A DNA stretch of 64,000 nt from positions 248,001-312,000 of the forward strand of contig MU008192.1 in the NCBI GenBank assembly GCA_010909165.1. Direction: 5' to 3'. Source of the DNA: Anthoceros angustus (Eukaryota > Plantae > Anthocerotophyta). The notes below the pieces were generated by a model, which saw nothing but the letters and a program-made list of their open reading frames with translations, did no database searches and was not told the DNA's origin. The position numbers and the translations under genes were made by a program. Positions 61,009 through 64,000 of this stretch are shown one piece after another. Each line of letters opens with the position of its first letter. Within the stretch, counting starts at the first letter, position 1.

Positions 61009-64000
61009 TCACGGTCGACCCTTACAACTGCAAGAACCAGCTGCGAATCGATGCACACGGTAGCCATCCCTTACAACAATGTCTCGCTGCTCAAGCCTTG
61101 ACATTATCTCTGTGGAGCTGTGGCAGTCACTGCACATGCGTAGATTCTTAGTTACCACCAGAGGGGTCCCACTCGGGGTGTTCAAGAGACCAAACGCCAG
61201 AGCTAGCTTCTCAGCATGCCCACAAAGCGCATCTTCCTTCTCCTTCTCAGACAGTGGCTTCAACACCAATTTTGTGTGAGGTACATGGCCTCCTTCCTGC
61301 TTCAGCTGCGCATTCGTGCTCTCTACCTTAAGAGCAATATCCTCCCTCCTTTCTCCCACCATAAATCTATGCACGTGCTTATTCACCTCAATGGTTGCCA
61401 CTGCAGGTTTTTTGTTGGCTCCTGCTACCCTTCTCTGTGTTTCAATCCTGTCTACATCAGTCCACCTACCCGCATCTGCGTAGGCATTGGCCATGAGCAC
61501 ATATGCGGGCGCATCTTGAGGGTCCAGCTTAACAATGCTTTCAAAACACCAAATCGCCCTATCTATATCCCCGTGACTTTTGCAGGCATTTAGCAAACAC
61601 CTCAAGCCCACAACATTACTTTGGCCGTCACATAATAATAGCATCTGCTCAGCCTCATCTAGATAGCCTGCCCGCCCAAGAAGATCAATCATGCAGATGT
61701 AATGCTCGATAGTAGGGTTGATGCCATGCTGTCCAGCCATGGAATCAAAGTGCTTGCGACCCTCATCGACCAGTCCCCCATGACTGCATGCTACTAAAAG
61801 GCAAGTGAAAGTGGCGTCATTAGGCTGAATACCAGCAATCAACATCTCGTCAAAACAAGCAAGTGCCTTGTGACCTTCGTCACAAGTACCATACCCGCCT
61901 ATCAGGGCATTCCATGTCACCACATCATTAGTGTTCATGCTGTCCAGAACCTGGCGTGCATCTTTCAGCTCACCACATTTTGCATACATGTCCACCAGGC
62001 AGTTGCCCAACAGTACGTCATCCAGCAGTCCTCTTTCAACGATCTGTGAGTGCAGCTGCCCTTCTGTAAGGCACCAGTGGCTCCACATGCCTTCAGAAGG
62101 CAAGCAAAAGTAACATGGTTAGCCAAAATCAGGCCCTCCTGCTCCATTTGTCCATACAGAACAAGCGCCTCTTGGCCGAGTCCTTGCTGTGCATACCCAG
62201 CAATCAGGGCATTCCATGTCACCACATCCTTTGGCCAAGCTGTCAAAACCTGGCGTGCATCTTCCAGTTCACCACATTTTGCATACATGTCCACCAGGCA
62301 GTTGCCCACCACATTATCCAGCAGTCTTTCCACAATCTGTGAGTGCAGCTGCCTGCCCTTCTGTAAGGCACCAGTGCTTGCACAGGCCTTCAGAAGGCAA
62401 GCAAAATGGTCAGCCAAAATGAGGCCTCCTCCATTTGTCCATACACAACAAGCGCCTCTTGGCGAGTCCTTGCTGCATACCCAGCAATCAGGGCATTCCA
62501 TGTCACCACATCCTTTGTGGCCAAGCTGTCAAAACCTGGCGTGCATCTTCCAGTTCACCATTTTGCATACATATCCACCAGGCAGGTGCCCAACACTACA
62601 TTATCCAGCAGTCCTCTTTCCACAATCAGTGAGTGCAGCTGCCTGCCCTTCTGTAAGGCACCAGTGCTTGCACAGGCCTTCAGAAGGCAAGCAAAAGTAA
62701 CATGGTTAGCCAAAATCAGGCCCTCCTGCTCCATTTGTCCATACACAACAAGCGCCTCTTGGCCGAGTCCTTGCTGTGCATACCCAGCTATCAGGGCATT
62801 CCATGTCACCACATTCTTTGTGCCATGCTGTCAAAACCTGGCGTGCATCTCAGTTCACCACATTTTGCATACCCAGATATCAGGGCATTCCATGTCACAT
62901 CCTTTGGCCATGTCAAAAACCGTGCATCTTTCAATTTGCCACATTTTGCATACATGTCCACCAGGCAGTTCCCAACAAACAAGTTAGTGGAAATGCCACT
63001 GTGCAACACATCATAGTGCACTTTTCTGCCTGATTCCAAGTCGGCAGCTATTGCACAAGCTTGAAGGACAGCTACAAAGACGTGACCATCCGCCTTCACT
63101 CCTGATCGACGCATCTCATGGTACAGTTGGACAGCCTCAATAGGTTTCCCATGCTTAGCATATGCAGAGATTATGGAAGACCACATGAAGGCATTCGGTT
63201 TGCCGACCCTGGTGAGCACATCCCTAGCCTCTTGTAGCCTACCTCCACAGGCATACATGCGCAAGATATGGTTCCCCAAGTATGCATTCGAATCGTACCC
63301 AAGTTTGACAGTGAGATCATGAACTCTTCGCCCCACAACCAAATCCTTCTTAGCTGTGCACAGTTTGAGCACATTGTAAAACAGAGACTGAGAAATAGCA
63401 GAGTCTGTCTGCGCCAGAGATTCCAGGGCTCCAACGGCCTCAGAAAGCTTCCCTGCTGACATAACATGCTCACGGTTCCAGCCGTTACGACGCCCATTTC
63501 CGATCCTGCACCTGCAGGTTCAGGCTTATCCGGAGCTCGACTTGGAAGGAGGCACCATGACCCATCTGCATATCCAAGGAAACAGCTGCTCATCAACCCA
63601 AGCTGGCTTAACATGTTGTTTAACCACAGGACCTCGCCGGACCCTTACGCCGGAAGTCAGGCGAACGGGAGCTCTTCTTATCTCGTCTGTTGTCCACCAC
63701 ATGGTAGGGTCCAGAAAAATTGTTGCCACAAGTGCTCCTGCTCCTGCACGCCTGCAGGTTCAGGCTTATCCGGAGCTCGACTTGGAAGGAGAGGCACCAT
63801 GACCCATCTGCATATCCAAGGAAACGCTCATCAACCCAAGCTGGCTTAAAACGTTGTTTAACCACAGGACCTCGCCGGACCCTTACGCCGGAAGTCAGGC
63901 GAACGGGAGCTCTTCTTATCTCGTCTGTTGTCCACCACATGGTAGGGTCCAGAAAAATTGTTGCCACAAGTGCTCCTGCTCCTGGCGACGACCATCGCTG
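61009..64000 (-). CDS. PLS-E1-E2-DYW:KP (GRP-type) PPR protein, candidate U-to-C RNA editing factor; 5' end beyond the window; middle frameshifted in this assembly
   Basis: ORF 61009..62103 has P2-L2-S2, E1, E2, then KKPAVATIEV, HAEKLA, CSDC and ends SCSCKGRP. PLS triplets at 62000-62950, first repeats at 62950-63462, PDF/WW-like motifs at 63615-63746 and 63855-63984. Confidence 0.92.

Noticed and set aside
1-64000. Bacterial contamination, horizontally transferred operon, rRNA or tRNA genes
   Set aside because: All recognisable content is plant nuclear (spliceosomal introns, PPR genes, LTR elements); no rRNA or tRNA signatures other than the tRNA-Met PBS.

Overview
Eukaryotic, TE-dominated nuclear DNA from a seed-free land plant, most likely a hornwort, inferred from a GRP-type DYW:KP PPR gene. 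Host genes: an intronless intact MRS2 Mg2+ transporter (38.7-39.8 kb), an intact 6-exon neprosin-family peptidase (52.6-54.8 kb, minus), a PLS-E-DYW:KP PPR gene ending in GRP (61.0 kb to past the window end, minus), several PPR fragments and a delta-COP fragment. Mobile DNA: three Copia elements (one young and complete, with TG..TA LTRs and a CTGCC TSD), two Ty3/Gypsy families whose integrases end in a PHD finger, a non-autonomous CACTA-like element, a 1.8-kb TIR element and a solo LTR with AGT..ACT ends. The main finding is that the plus-strand Gypsy at 44.8-52.3 kb carries a DNMT3-like C5 cytosine methyltransferase domain between protease and reverse transcriptase. Motifs I, III, IV, VI, VIII, IX and X are recoverable in canonical order after frameshift correction, and the same pol ends in a PHD finger, so the element has both a DNA-methylation writer and a chromatin reader. 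Second, the candidate U-to-C editing factor has N-terminal motifs that closely resemble the PDF ssDNA-binding motif of OSB proteins. Caveat: repeats are full of single-base deletions and of adjacent duplicates with one noisy copy, which looks like long-read or assembly error. Many frameshifts and some tandem duplications may therefore not be biological. All domain calls come from motif recognition by eye; no database search was run. No rRNA, tRNA or CRISPR array was found.
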